Assembly (NCBI GenBank): GCA_964415935.1
Contig: CAYQCH010000001.1
Coordinates: 1,144 to 65,143 of the forward strand
Reading direction: 5' to 3'
Length of the DNA stretch: 64,000 nucleotides
Source: an uncultured Gammaproteobacteria bacterium
GTDB taxonomy: Bacteria; Patescibacteriota; Patescibacteriia; VMEV01; CAYQCH01
Shown: in pieces, positions 10,153 to 18,900 of the stretch
Layout: every line of letters starts with the position of its first letter
Numbering within the stretch: position 1 is the stretch's first letter
Position numbers and translations under genes: made by a program
Notes under the pieces: generated by a model
Database searches by the model: none
Seen by the model: the letters and a program-made list of their open reading frames with translations, nothing else
Told to the model about the DNA's origin: nothing

Positions 10153-11523
10153 CTACCCCTCCCTTGGTTGTGCTGTAATAGTTTCAACCGCCTCTTCTAC
10201 GCGATCAATGACTTTGTAGTACCTGTTGTCGCCTGACGAAATGGTTTTGTATTTCTTTAACAAGATATCGTCAATGTATTTGAGCAGAGGGTTCCAGTAA
10301 CTGCTGTCGTAAAACATGACCGGAATGCGATGGGTTTTGCCTGTTTGCATGAGCGTCAGAAGTTCAAATGCCTGGTGGAGCGTACCCAACCCTCCCGGAA
10401 AAATGACAAAAGCATTAGATGGCGCCGTTAATATGAGTTTGCGCGTGTACGGAAATTTGAAGACGGCATGCGAATTAAGATACTTGTTGCCTGAGTCCGT
10501 GTGATCTTTGCGCATGATCAAGCCCACAGACGTTGAGCCCGCCTGAGCAGCGCCCTTGTTTGCGGCTTCAGTGATTCCAGGGCCTCCACCCGTGATAATA
10601 GTATATTTGCGGCGCCCAAGCTCGAGCCCGAGGCGGTATGCTTGGTGGTAGTATTCGGATTCTTCGCTTAACGCCTTTGATCCAAGAATGGTAACGTCAT
10701 CAAGGTACGTGGTAACGAGGTCAAACCCTTCTACCAGTTCCGCCATCACTTGAAAAATGCGCCAGTTGATCTCGTTCTCACACTTAAAATTGTCTGCAGA
10801 GAGCGCACACACGTTCACCGTATCGGGGGCTTTTTTCACGATGGCATAGGCGTCATTTGCATTGTCTACCAGCGAGACCGCCGCAAGCAACCTCTCATCC
10901 AAAATGCCATGTTTGATGGCGCGCTCCCGCAAAAATTTCAAGACGGGAGACCAAAACTCTTTTCCTACCAAAATCATCGGCGAGCGAGCGATCTGGTCAT
11001 TTTCCATCAAATCAAATACCTCAAAAAATTCATCGAGCGTGCCATATCCTCCCGGGAAAAACACAAACGCTTGTGCCGGGCTTAGCAACATTACTTTGCG
11101 CGTAAAAAAATATTTGAAACCCATGGACTGCTTCACATAGGGATTCAAAATTTGTTCGAATGGCAACTGAATGTTAATGCCGATAGAAGCTCCCTTTGCA
11201 TCGAATGCGCCGCGATTTGCCGCCTCCATGATACCTGGCCCGCCTCCCGTAATGGTCGTAAACTTTCCCTTTGCCAACAAGCTGCCCATTTTCACGGCTT
11301 CTTTATAATATTTCTGCCCGGGCTTGGTGCGAGCCGACCCCAAGATAGTGACGTTTCTGGTCAGCTTTGAGACAAAATCGTACCCCTCAACCAACTCGGC
11401 CATGATTTTAAAAATGCGCCAGGGACGCTTAAAATCTACTGGCTCATGGTATTGCGAAAACACCTTTTCTCGTTTTTGTTTTGCAGTCATAACGGGTGGT
11501 AATGCCATCATTTTAGCACACAA
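10153..11523 (-). CDS. Tandem LOG-family (Lonely Guy / TIGR00730-type) fusion protein with two complete domains
   Basis: Two repeats each carry GGGPG(I/M)(M/T)EAAN and PGG(Y/L)GTL..E motifs (domain 1 around aa 35-230, domain 2 around aa 255-450). Likely start is Met12 (11490), judged from an extended -10 TGCTAAAAT overlapping the upstream ATGs. Confidence 0.75.
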   Translation of the reverse strand: MCAKMMALPPVMTAKQKREKVFSQYHEPVDFKRPWRIFKIMAELVEGYDFVSKLTRNVTILGSARTKPGQKYYKEAVKMGSLLAKGKFTTITGGGPGIMEAANRGAFDAKGASIGINIQLPFEQILNPYVKQSMGFKYFFTRKVMLLSPAQAFVFFPGGYGTLDEFFEVFDLMENDQIARSPMILVGKEFWSPVLKFLRERAIKHGILDERLLAAVSLVDNANDAYAIVKKAPDTVNVCALSADNFKCENEINWRIFQVMAELVEGFDLVTTYLDDVTILGSKALSEESEYYHQAYRLGLELGRRKYTIITGGGPGITEAANKGAAQAGSTSVGLIMRKDHTDSGNKYLNSHAVFKFPYTRKLILTAPSNAFVIFPGGLGTLHQAFELLTLMQTGKTHRIPVMFYDSSYWNPLLKYIDDILLKKYKTISSGDNRYYKVIDRVEEAVETITAQPREG

Positions 11524-11525
11524 TA

Positions 11526-11553
11526 TAAAAACCTGCCGACCGGCAGGTTTTTA
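11526..11553. terminator. Perfect GC hairpin with flanking A-run and T-run just upstream of the LOG gene
   Basis: Sequence aaaaacctgccgaccggcaggttttta. Confidence 0.5.
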
Positions 11554-11871
11554 TACCAAACAAGACCACGGATCACTGCGCGCTTGGTGCGAATAAATTA
11601 TTAAGTCAGCGCGCAGGAAAAGCAATGTACGACTGTGGCATTGCTTTTAGCCAATGAGTCCTTGGCAGACCAAATCAAACGCATTCCATATCGTCCGCCA
11701 AGGTACTCATCTCGTCTTACGTGTCCCCAAATAAGACGAGACGAATGCATAAACATCAGCACTGAAAAGATCTATGGTCTTGACTGGCCACTTGGGATCA
11801 AGTCGCCATGAAATCGGCCACGCGGCCAAATAAACGACGGTACAATGAACGGGCCTTCCTTTTGGACATAT

Positions 11872-11968
11872 GCGGTTTTGAAAAGAGAGGGTTGAATTGC
11901 CATCCGGATGCGGAACCTGCTCTACGATGTAGAGAAAATTCAACCCTTATCCGTTTCATAACGGACTT
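11872..11968 (-). terminator. Multi-branched structured element plus U-tract downstream of lexA (complex terminator or 3' structured RNA)
   Basis: Minus strand reads tccgttatgaaacgga, then an 11-bp outer stem agggttgaatt / aattcaaccct. The outer stem encloses two hairpins (ctctac-atc-gtagag and the palindrome catccggatg). It is followed by ctctcttttc. Confidence 0.45.
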
Positions 11969-11997
11969 CTTTTCGTTTAAAAATTAGGTGGGCAGGG

Positions 11998-12618
11998 CTA
12001 TGACACGTGGGCGAAAGAACGAATCAGTCCTTTTACGACTCCCTGGATGATGGGATCAGATACGTAGATGGGTGACATGGAGGAATTTGCCGGCTGCAAT
12101 CGGATGCGACTCTTTTCTCGATAAAATCGTTTCAAGGTGGCGTAGGTGTTGTCCAAAAGCGCAACCACAATATCTCCATTCTTGGGGCTCGGATTGCGCT
12201 CCACAATGACGAAGTCCCCGTCAAGAATGCCATCTTCGATCATGGATTCCCCTTTTACTTTCAAGACGTAGGAATTAGCCGGATCGTCGACAAGGGTTAC
12301 AGGAACACCGATGGCATCGCGCTGCTCAACAGCTTCGATAGGTGAACCAGCCGTGATGAGCCCGACAAGCGGCAGGGAAACCGCTTGCGGCACCGGTAAA
12401 CTTTTTGCCGTCAATTCGATGGATCGAGATTCATTAGATGAGGTGGTAATGAACCCTTTTTCCTCCAACGTCTTTATATACTGATGGATGCTCGCCGGAG
12501 AGGAAAGGTTCAATGTTTCTGCAATTTCCCGATATGACGGCATGTACCCGAACTCTTGCTGATATTGGATAATGACATCCAGTATCTTTTTTTGCTTCTT
12601 GGTTAAGGTGTCGCCCAT
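11998..12618 (-). CDS. lexA: LexA repressor
   Basis: N-terminal winged-HTH (YMPSYREIAETLNLSSPASIHQYIKTLEEKGFI) and C-terminal S24 peptidase (VKGESMIEDGILDGDFVIVE...KRF). The cleavage site AG is present. Start is at Met17. Confidence 0.88.
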   Translation of the reverse strand: MGDTLTKKQKKILDVIIQYQQEFGYMPSYREIAETLNLSSPASIHQYIKTLEEKGFITTSSNESRSIELTAKSLPVPQAVSLPLVGLITAGSPIEAVEQRDAIGVPVTLVDDPANSYVLKVKGESMIEDGILDGDFVIVERNPSPKNGDIVVALLDNTYATLKRFYREKSRIRLQPANSSMSPIYVSDPIIQGVVKGLIRSFAHVS

Positions 12619-12660
12619 ATGATTTTGTTTAGGCTCTTGTCTACTGAAAACAGTATATAT

Positions 12661-12707
12661 GAACAAAACACGAACGTCAACGGAGCATTTTTGTTCGTGT
12701 TTTGTTC
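12661..12707 (-). promoter_or_regulatory. Candidate LexA operator: 15-bp perfect inverted repeat, each arm a GTTC-N7-GTTC unit, bracketing the lexA -35 and filling the -35/-10 spacer
   Basis: Sequence GAACAAAACACGAAC-(17 nt containing TTGACG on the transcribed strand)-GTTCGTGTTTTGTTC, then TATATACT (-10) about 38 nt upstream of the lexA ATG. Confidence 0.5.
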
Positions 12708-12725
12708 GTTATCCACAGTTTAAGA

Positions 12726-12752
12726 AAAAGCCCGGGAGATACCGGGCTTTTA
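12726..12752. terminator. Bidirectional Rho-independent terminator immediately after the htrA stop
   Basis: Sequence aaaaagcccgggagataccgggcttttatt: 6-bp GC stem, 6-nt loop, with an A-run and a T-run on the flanks. Confidence 0.7.
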
Positions 12753-12753
12753 T

Positions 12754-14076
12754 TTACTCTACATCAAACTCTCCTAACGTCACCCTCACCTCCTGCTCTT
12801 CTCCATCTTTTAGGACCTTAAGCGTTATGACATCTCCTGGATCAAATCGGCCAAGAATGCGGACCAGGCTTTGCTCGGCACTGACACGCTGACCATCAAT
12901 CTCTAAAATAATGTCGTTTTCTTCCAAACCCGCCTTATCTGCCGGGCTGCCAGGAATAACGGCCAATTCCTCGGGTTGTTCCCCGCGCCGCAACAAGGCG
13001 CCGTAATCCACAGAAAGCTTGTTGAGTTGCTGGAGCTGCTTATCAACAATCACATAACGGACGCCAAGATATGGACGAATCACGCGACCATACTCCTCGA
13101 TGCTTTCAATCAAGCGAATGGCATCATTAATGGGAATGGCAAACCCGATGGACTGGCCCTCCTGGCTTACGGCCGTATTTACGCCGATAACCTGACCAGC
13201 AATGTTTAACAAGGGGCCACCGGAATTGCCAGGATTAATGGCAGCGTCGGTCTGAATGACGGCCTCAAGCGTCTCTGCCCCGCCCGTGCCATCAGACGCG
13301 GTAACGCGGCGATTAATGCCGCTAATAACCCCTTTCGTGACCGTGTTATTGAACTCTCCAAGGCTGTTGCCAATGGCCAACACGGTTTGTCCGATGCGAG
13401 CGGTATCAGAAGAGCCTAATTCCAGGGCGGGCAAACTGACTTCTTCCTTTGTTTTAACGACGGCCAGGTCATTGACCGGATCAACGCCTAAAATTTCAAT
13501 TTCATGCTTTTGCCCGTCGCGCGTAAGGATCGAATACTTCGCATCTTTATCATTAACGACATGCTTGTTGGTGAGGATCAGCCCCTTCTCCGAAACAACG
13601 AAGCCGGTTCCGGCGCCGACTTGGACCAAAGATTCCTCCGTGTCGACAGGCACATCAGTTTGCGGTTGCGGCGTAGGCGGAACAATTTCAAATCCCGGGA
13701 AGTTGAAATCAAAGGGGAACAAATTCGGGCCCGTGGCCTGGCGTGCTGGTTTCTCCACGATGATGCTGACAACAGATTGGGAAGCCTCTTCAACCATGTC
13801 AATCAGCGCGGAATCTTCTACTGTCACTACTTTGGCCACGCGCGCGGACAAATCGCGATCCTGCCCTTTTGGTAAAATGCCATTTCCCTCAATGTACGAT
13901 GTGACCAACGCCCCGGCCACCCCGCCGCCCAACATGCCAAAAACGAGAACTAACGCGATAACTCCTCGGAGATTTGAAACGGCAATGTGCGTTTCCGGCT
14001 TCGACTGAGGTTTTTCATCGATCAAATGTGGTTCAAGCATATATTGTTGTAAAAATAACACCCATATATACCCCAA
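12754..14076 (-). CDS. htrA: HtrA/DegP-family periplasmic serine protease with a C-terminal PDZ domain
   Basis: Trypsin-like fold with catalytic GNSGGPL, an N-terminal TM anchor, and a PDZ-like C-terminus (LGVRYVIVDK...GSPADKAGLEENDIILEIDG). Confidence 0.85.
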   Translation of the reverse strand: MGYIWVLFLQQYMLEPHLIDEKPQSKPETHIAVSNLRGVIALVLVFGMLGGGVAGALVTSYIEGNGILPKGQDRDLSARVAKVVTVEDSALIDMVEEASQSVVSIIVEKPARQATGPNLFPFDFNFPGFEIVPPTPQPQTDVPVDTEESLVQVGAGTGFVVSEKGLILTNKHVVNDKDAKYSILTRDGQKHEIEILGVDPVNDLAVVKTKEEVSLPALELGSSDTARIGQTVLAIGNSLGEFNNTVTKGVISGINRRVTASDGTGGAETLEAVIQTDAAINPGNSGGPLLNIAGQVIGVNTAVSQEGQSIGFAIPINDAIRLIESIEEYGRVIRPYLGVRYVIVDKQLQQLNKLSVDYGALLRRGEQPEELAVIPGSPADKAGLEENDIILEIDGQRVSAEQSLVRILGRFDPGDVITLKVLKDGEEQEVRVTLGEFDVE

Positions 14077-14084
14077 TTTTCCTG

Positions 14085-14441
14085 CTATCTTTCAAACAAG
14101 GAAGATTTTTGCAAAAGTTCGCGCAATTGCTCGACGTTTATTCCACGCATATCGCCGGAAACATCGGGAATCGCTTCCTGGTATCCGCGGATGGTTTCCA
14201 ACCAGTCCCGGACAAATGGCGGCAAGAACACCGCCGCCAGTATCAATGGGATTAAAATAAGGATTAATTTTACCGCTGAGGCGACAAAAGAAAACCGCAT
14301 CCCGCGCCGCACGGACAACAACATGCGGTGGTTTTCCTCCAGGAGCTGGCGCTGGGATTTTAATTCCGCCTGAATTTTATCCATGGCCTGATGGGACTCG
14401 GAGGGATAGGCTGGCTGCTGGAGGGGGTGCTGTTGCTGCAT
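14085..14441 (-). CDS. Small hypothetical membrane protein (one TM segment), co-transcribed in the division/envelope operon
   Basis: Begins 5 nt after the M23 peptidase stop (Met17 start). Has a Gln-rich N-terminus and hydrophobic LILILIPLILAAVFL. No recognisable family. Confidence 0.35.
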   Translation of the reverse strand: MQQQHPLQQPAYPSESHQAMDKIQAELKSQRQLLEENHRMLLSVRRGMRFSFVASAVKLILILIPLILAAVFLPPFVRDWLETIRGYQEAIPDVSGDMRGINVEQLRELLQKSSLFER

Positions 14442-14445
14442 AGGA

Positions 14446-15720
14446 TTAAAACGTAATGGACGCAAGCGCGCCCTGCCATTCATTGACATTTACTAAAAAT
14501 GCTTCCATGAATTCCTCTGCCAGCGCCTCGCCTTCCGGAGCGTCAACTCGGGTGGGGTCAACGTATGCCCCGTACTCCGTCATGGAAAAGTGCACATGGT
14601 TGCCCGTAGAAAATCCGGTTGAACCGACATACCCGATGGTTTGTCCCTGTTTTACCCGGTCACCGATGCCCAAGCCCTTCACATAGGATGACATATGGGA
14701 GTACTGGGAACTGTATCGCTCATTATGGCGGATTTCAATGCGATTGCCATATCCGCCCGCCCAGCCTGACCGCGAGACAACGCCGTCGCCAATGGCAATA
14801 ATCGGCACGCCATAATCAGCGGCATAGTCCACGCCGTCATGCATCATTACTTTGCCCAAAATCGGATGAAAACGCGCATTGCTGAAACCCGAGCTGACAT
14901 ACCGAAAATTGACCGGCGCCTTTAAGAACGCGCGCTGCAACGATGCCCCGTCTGCCGTGTAATATCCTGGATCTTTTCCTTCCGGCTGAAAAAAGAATGC
15001 CTGAAACGTTTTCCCTTTGTTGGTGTATTCGGCGGCAAGAATCTTTCCTGGGGCCACAAACTGCCCGTCTTTATATTTTTCTTCGTACAGGACTTTGTAC
15101 GTATCTCCGGAAGCGGTGTCGCGCGCAAAATCAATATCCCAGGCAAACACGTCGGCGAAACGCATGATGGTGTTGTCCGAGAGGCCCTGCGCCAGCGCGG
15201 AGGCGTACAACGACCCCTCCACATTTCCTCCCCGCGTTGCGCGACGGATTTCATATTCGATGCGCTCCTCCTCAACAATCCAGCCAGCGGCGCTTTGCGT
15301 GGCTATAATGACCCGATTTGCATCAGGCTGGTACACCACCGAGGACAGTCCGTAGGAACTTCCTTCGTCAGCAAAAGCGAAATCCACGCTCTTGCCCACC
15401 TGGATATTAGTCAGGTCAAAGACCTTCTTGCTTGCCTGCTCGAGGAGGACTATTTCCGCGTAGGGGACGTCTGTGTCGGCAAAAACATCGGCAAGCGTGT
15501 CCCCTTCTTGCACGACATATGTTACGTCAGCTTCCGGCAGCTGGAGGCTTGGAGGCAACGGGTCTTCCTGGACGATATGGGTGTCAGCCGAAACCGTTTG
15601 AATGGTTTCCGACTTCTGCGGCCAGTATTTCCAGACGACGAATACGGCCGCGGCCAGCAAGAACAGCTTGCCGACCCGCCGCGAAGGAAACCGCCGCATT
15701 CGCGCGCCCCGCACCGGCAT
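14446..15720 (-). CDS. Peptidase M23 (LytM-type) with an N-terminal OapA/LysM-like region
   Basis: C-terminal VGSTGFSTGNHVHFS and HMSSY...D motifs of M23 metallopeptidases. Has an N-terminal signal anchor and lies directly downstream of ftsZ. Confidence 0.8.
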   Translation of the reverse strand: MPVRGARMRRFPSRRVGKLFLLAAAVFVVWKYWPQKSETIQTVSADTHIVQEDPLPPSLQLPEADVTYVVQEGDTLADVFADTDVPYAEIVLLEQASKKVFDLTNIQVGKSVDFAFADEGSSYGLSSVVYQPDANRVIIATQSAAGWIVEEERIEYEIRRATRGGNVEGSLYASALAQGLSDNTIMRFADVFAWDIDFARDTASGDTYKVLYEEKYKDGQFVAPGKILAAEYTNKGKTFQAFFFQPEGKDPGYYTADGASLQRAFLKAPVNFRYVSSGFSNARFHPILGKVMMHDGVDYAADYGVPIIAIGDGVVSRSGWAGGYGNRIEIRHNERYSSQYSHMSSYVKGLGIGDRVKQGQTIGYVGSTGFSTGNHVHFSMTEYGAYVDPTRVDAPEGEALAEEFMEAFLVNVNEWQGALASITF

Positions 15721-15724
15721 AGGC

Positions 15725-16972
15725 TTACATCATCTTCTTACGGATAAAGGCCGGAATTTCCAAATCTTCCTGATCAATATCCTGCTGGGGAGCGGCGGAA
15801 CGGCTGGATTCTTCCGCCCGCACGGGCTCGGTCATGATTGGGTTGGCGGCTAACGGCTCGGATCGAAACGACGGGGCCGTGTTAAAGGACCGCGGGGCCG
15901 CGGCCGGGCGCTCACTGGCCTGTTTATTCTGCTGGGACATGCGCATGAGCGGGCTGTTGTAGGCGCTGGCGGCCAGAGACTGGCCAAACGCCATGGTGTC
16001 GGCCTGATGAACAGATTTCGGCTGTTTGCCGAAACCGGCCGCAATTACGGTAACACGGACTTCATCTTTCATGTTCTCGTCAATAACCGTGCCGTAAATG
16101 ATCTTGGCGCTTGGATCGGCTTTTTCGGTAATGATGGTAGCGGCTTCATTCAGTTCATACATGCCCAAGTCCTTGCCACCAGTGATGGTAAACAAAATAC
16201 CTTTGGCGCCGTCGATGGAAACCTCCAACAAAGGACTGGAAATAGCTGCTTTGGCGGCATCAATCGCGCGATTATCGCCGGTGCCGTACCCAATACCCAT
16301 AAGGGCAGAGCCGGCATCTTTCATGATGGCTTTTACGTCAGCAAAGTCGACGTTGGTCACGCCATGCACGGTCACAAGCTCGGAAATCCCCTGCACGCCC
16401 TGGCGGAGGACGTCATCCACGATATCAAATGCCTCCACAAGCGTGGTCTTCTTTTCAATAACCTGCAAAATACGATCATTGGGGATGGTAATGATGGTGT
16501 CGACCTTGCTGGCCAACTCGTCATGTGCCTTTTCCGCGATCATTCCGCGTTGTTTTCCTTCAAACGAAAATGGTTTGGTCACCACGCCAATGGTAAGTGC
16601 GCCCAATTCCTTGGCGATACTGGCTACAATAGGGGCTGCGCCGCTGCCTGTGCCACCGCCCAAACCGCAAGTGATAAACACCATGTCGGTGTCTTTCAAC
16701 AATTCGCGCAGCTCGTTCTGGTTTTCTTCCGCGGACTTGCGGCCCATTTCCGGATCCATGCCAGCACCCAGGCCGCGAGTGACCGTTTTGCCGATATGTA
16801 CGCGCAGCGGCGCTCGCGAATGATGCAATGCCTGCGCATCGGTGTTCACGGCAATGAATTCGACGCCCCTGATTTTGGAGGCAACCATGGCGTTCACGGT
16901 CGATCCGCCGCTTCCGCCCACACCCACCACTTTTATTTTTGCGAACGTCTCGATTTCGGGTTTGATTTCCAT
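15725..16972 (-). CDS. ftsZ: Cell division protein FtsZ
   Basis: GGGTGSGAAP tubulin signature, NTDAQAL, and a conserved C-terminal peptide (DLEIPAFIRKK). Confidence 0.96.
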   Translation of the reverse strand: MEIKPEIETFAKIKVVGVGGSGGSTVNAMVASKIRGVEFIAVNTDAQALHHSRAPLRVHIGKTVTRGLGAGMDPEMGRKSAEENQNELRELLKDTDMVFITCGLGGGTGSGAAPIVASIAKELGALTIGVVTKPFSFEGKQRGMIAEKAHDELASKVDTIITIPNDRILQVIEKKTTLVEAFDIVDDVLRQGVQGISELVTVHGVTNVDFADVKAIMKDAGSALMGIGYGTGDNRAIDAAKAAISSPLLEVSIDGAKGILFTITGGKDLGMYELNEAATIITEKADPSAKIIYGTVIDENMKDEVRVTVIAAGFGKQPKSVHQADTMAFGQSLAASAYNSPLMRMSQQNKQASERPAAAPRSFNTAPSFRSEPLAANPIMTEPVRAEESSRSAAPQQDIDQEDLEIPAFIRKKMM

Positions 16973-17043
16973 ATTCGTGTGGTTACGCTTGTGAACAATT
17001 AACGTTTACCGACAAGCTCAGGGCAAACGTTAGCTTTCCCAAG

Positions 17044-18294
17044 CTATGGGATTATGGCCTTAAACCAAGATTTTACTTTTTCTTTGACAGAACCGAAGTT
17101 GGTAAAGCCCTGAAATCGGCCGCCGCTTCCCGCATGCATGTGCATGCCCCAGAGCAGCAAGCCTACGGCGACCGCATACATGGGGTCGTTTACCTTTTCA
17201 ATGGCCGTGGTCAACTCGCGCGGCACGCCGATTGAGGCTGGCAGGCGGAACTCCCGTTTAGCCACGTCGATAATGCCGTGCAGGCGCGAGCCGCCGCCGG
17301 TCAGGACCACGCCGGCCGGCAAAAGACCGCTGCGATTAATTTTCTTCAACTCTTTGTTCACCAGTTTAAAAATTTCTTCGATGCGCGCTTCGATGATTTC
17401 CGCCACCTGCCGGCGCGACACCAGATGGGATTCTCCTTCCTGGAACTCATTTAAATCAATCATTTCCTTTTTATCTACACTTTCTGGCAAAGACGTACCG
17501 TATTGCAGCTTCACTTGTTCCGCAATCTCTATGGACGTCCGTAACCCAATGGCAATGTCGGAAGTAATGTGACCCGCGCCCACGGGCAAGACTGCTGTAT
17601 GTAACACATCGCCTTCTTCGTAGACGACGACCGTGGTGGTTGCGCCGCCAAGGTTAACCAATGCCACACCCAGCTCTTTCTGCTGCTTATCTAGTACGCT
17701 TTCAGCAGCGGCCAGCCCAGCAAACACCGTGTCTTCAATGTCCAGCCCCGTGCGATAGACGGCTTTGGTAACGTTTTTTAATTGCGTGGAAAGTCCCTGG
17801 ATGATTTGCGCGTCGACTTCCAGGCGGATGCCGGTCATGCCTATGGGGTCTTTGATATGGCCCTGGTTGTCGACCGTATAAGAACGCGGGATGACATGCA
17901 AAATCTCGTAATTCGGCGGCGTTGCCACGGCCTGTGCCGCCTCAATGACGCGCTCCACGTCATCTTCGTTGATTTCTCCGTTCGCCTTGGAAACGGCAAT
18001 GACGCCTTTAGATGCCTGGGACAAAATATGGGCGCCGGAAATGCTTACAAAGGCACGCTCCAAAGGGACCCCGGCCATGCGTTCGCCCTTTTCTATGCAG
18101 CTCGTCAAGCAGGTAACGGCGTCTTCGATGCTGGTAACCACGCCTTTGCTTATGCCTTGCGAGGGGGTTTCGGCTACGCCAATAATATGCAGTTGCTGCC
18201 CCTCCCCGGCCTCATCCGGCACGAACTGACCGACTACCAAACGGATAGTCGATGATCCAATGTCCAACCCTGTAATGATATCGGACCGGCTCAT
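17044..18294 (-). CDS. ftsA: Cell division protein FtsA
   Basis: Actin-like ATPase motifs (GLDIGSSTIR, VNLGGATTTVV, LTGGGSRL) and position upstream of ftsZ. A TATATAAT -10 sits about 35 nt upstream. Confidence 0.9.
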   Translation of the reverse strand: MSRSDIITGLDIGSSTIRLVVGQFVPDEAGEGQQLHIIGVAETPSQGISKGVVTSIEDAVTCLTSCIEKGERMAGVPLERAFVSISGAHILSQASKGVIAVSKANGEINEDDVERVIEAAQAVATPPNYEILHVIPRSYTVDNQGHIKDPIGMTGIRLEVDAQIIQGLSTQLKNVTKAVYRTGLDIEDTVFAGLAAAESVLDKQQKELGVALVNLGGATTTVVVYEEGDVLHTAVLPVGAGHITSDIAIGLRTSIEIAEQVKLQYGTSLPESVDKKEMIDLNEFQEGESHLVSRRQVAEIIEARIEEIFKLVNKELKKINRSGLLPAGVVLTGGGSRLHGIIDVAKREFRLPASIGVPRELTTAIEKVNDPMYAVAVGLLLWGMHMHAGSGGRFQGFTNFGSVKEKVKSWFKAIIP

Positions 18295-18384
18295 GTGCTT
18301 AGCGAATAACTAATGAGTACATGTGAGAACATTATATATCCAATACCGCTGATGTTCCAGCGCTTCGCTGAACAACAGAACTAG

Positions 18385-18897
18385 TCAGCGGGCTTTCCGC
18401 TTTTGCTGCGAACCCATTTTTGACTCACCATTCATCCGAGTTATCAGACCGGCTTTATCCCCAAGATACTTTTGCTCCTCTTTAGCCATATCTTTCAAAT
18501 CGTCAGGCGTCTCATGGTCGTACCCAAGGATATGGAGCAGGCCGTGGGTAAACAATACGCGCGCTTCATCCGCCAGGCGATGCTTTTGTTCGCGTGCCTG
18601 CCGGCGCAAGGTGTCAACACTGATGATGATTTCTCCCAGGCAGCCGTCACTTGGCCAGCCCTCGCCTTCCAAAAAAGAAAACGACAACACATCTGTCGGG
18701 CCCTTTTTGCCGCGATGCATTGCGTTTAACTTGCTCATTTCACGATCTGAAACAAAGACGAGGGAAATGGAAACATTTCCACCGCGCAATGCACGCGGGT
18801 ATCCGCGCGACACAATCTCGTTTGCCAGTATATGCAGCGGCGCGACCGCAAAACTGACACGCGCCCGGCGCGAGACATCCAGAACAACGCGGTGCAT
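18385..18897 (-). CDS. ybeY: rRNA maturation endoribonuclease YbeY
   Basis: HGLLHILGYDH metal-binding motif, about 150-aa core. Confidence 0.85.
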   Translation of the reverse strand: MHRVVLDVSRRARVSFAVAPLHILANEIVSRGYPRALRGGNVSISLVFVSDREMSKLNAMHRGKKGPTDVLSFSFLEGEGWPSDGCLGEIIISVDTLRRQAREQKHRLADEARVLFTHGLLHILGYDHETPDDLKDMAKEEQKYLGDKAGLITRMNGESKMGSQQKRKAR

Positions 18898-18900
18898 ATG

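Noticed and set aside
11707-11943. 78-aa ORF in the lexA-LOG intergenic region
   Set aside because: It overlaps strong hairpin structures, has no promoter or initiation context and a Cys/Trp/Pro-rich composition. The region is better explained as structured RNA or a terminator.
11566-11997. Possible tmRNA, RNase P RNA or SRP RNA gene
   Set aside because: I searched both strands for hallmark motifs (tRNA-like T-arm GGTTCGAnTCC with a CCA end, RNase P GGAAAGTCCGGGCT, SRP domain IV GGAAGCAGC) and found none. It is kept only as an unclassified ncRNA candidate.
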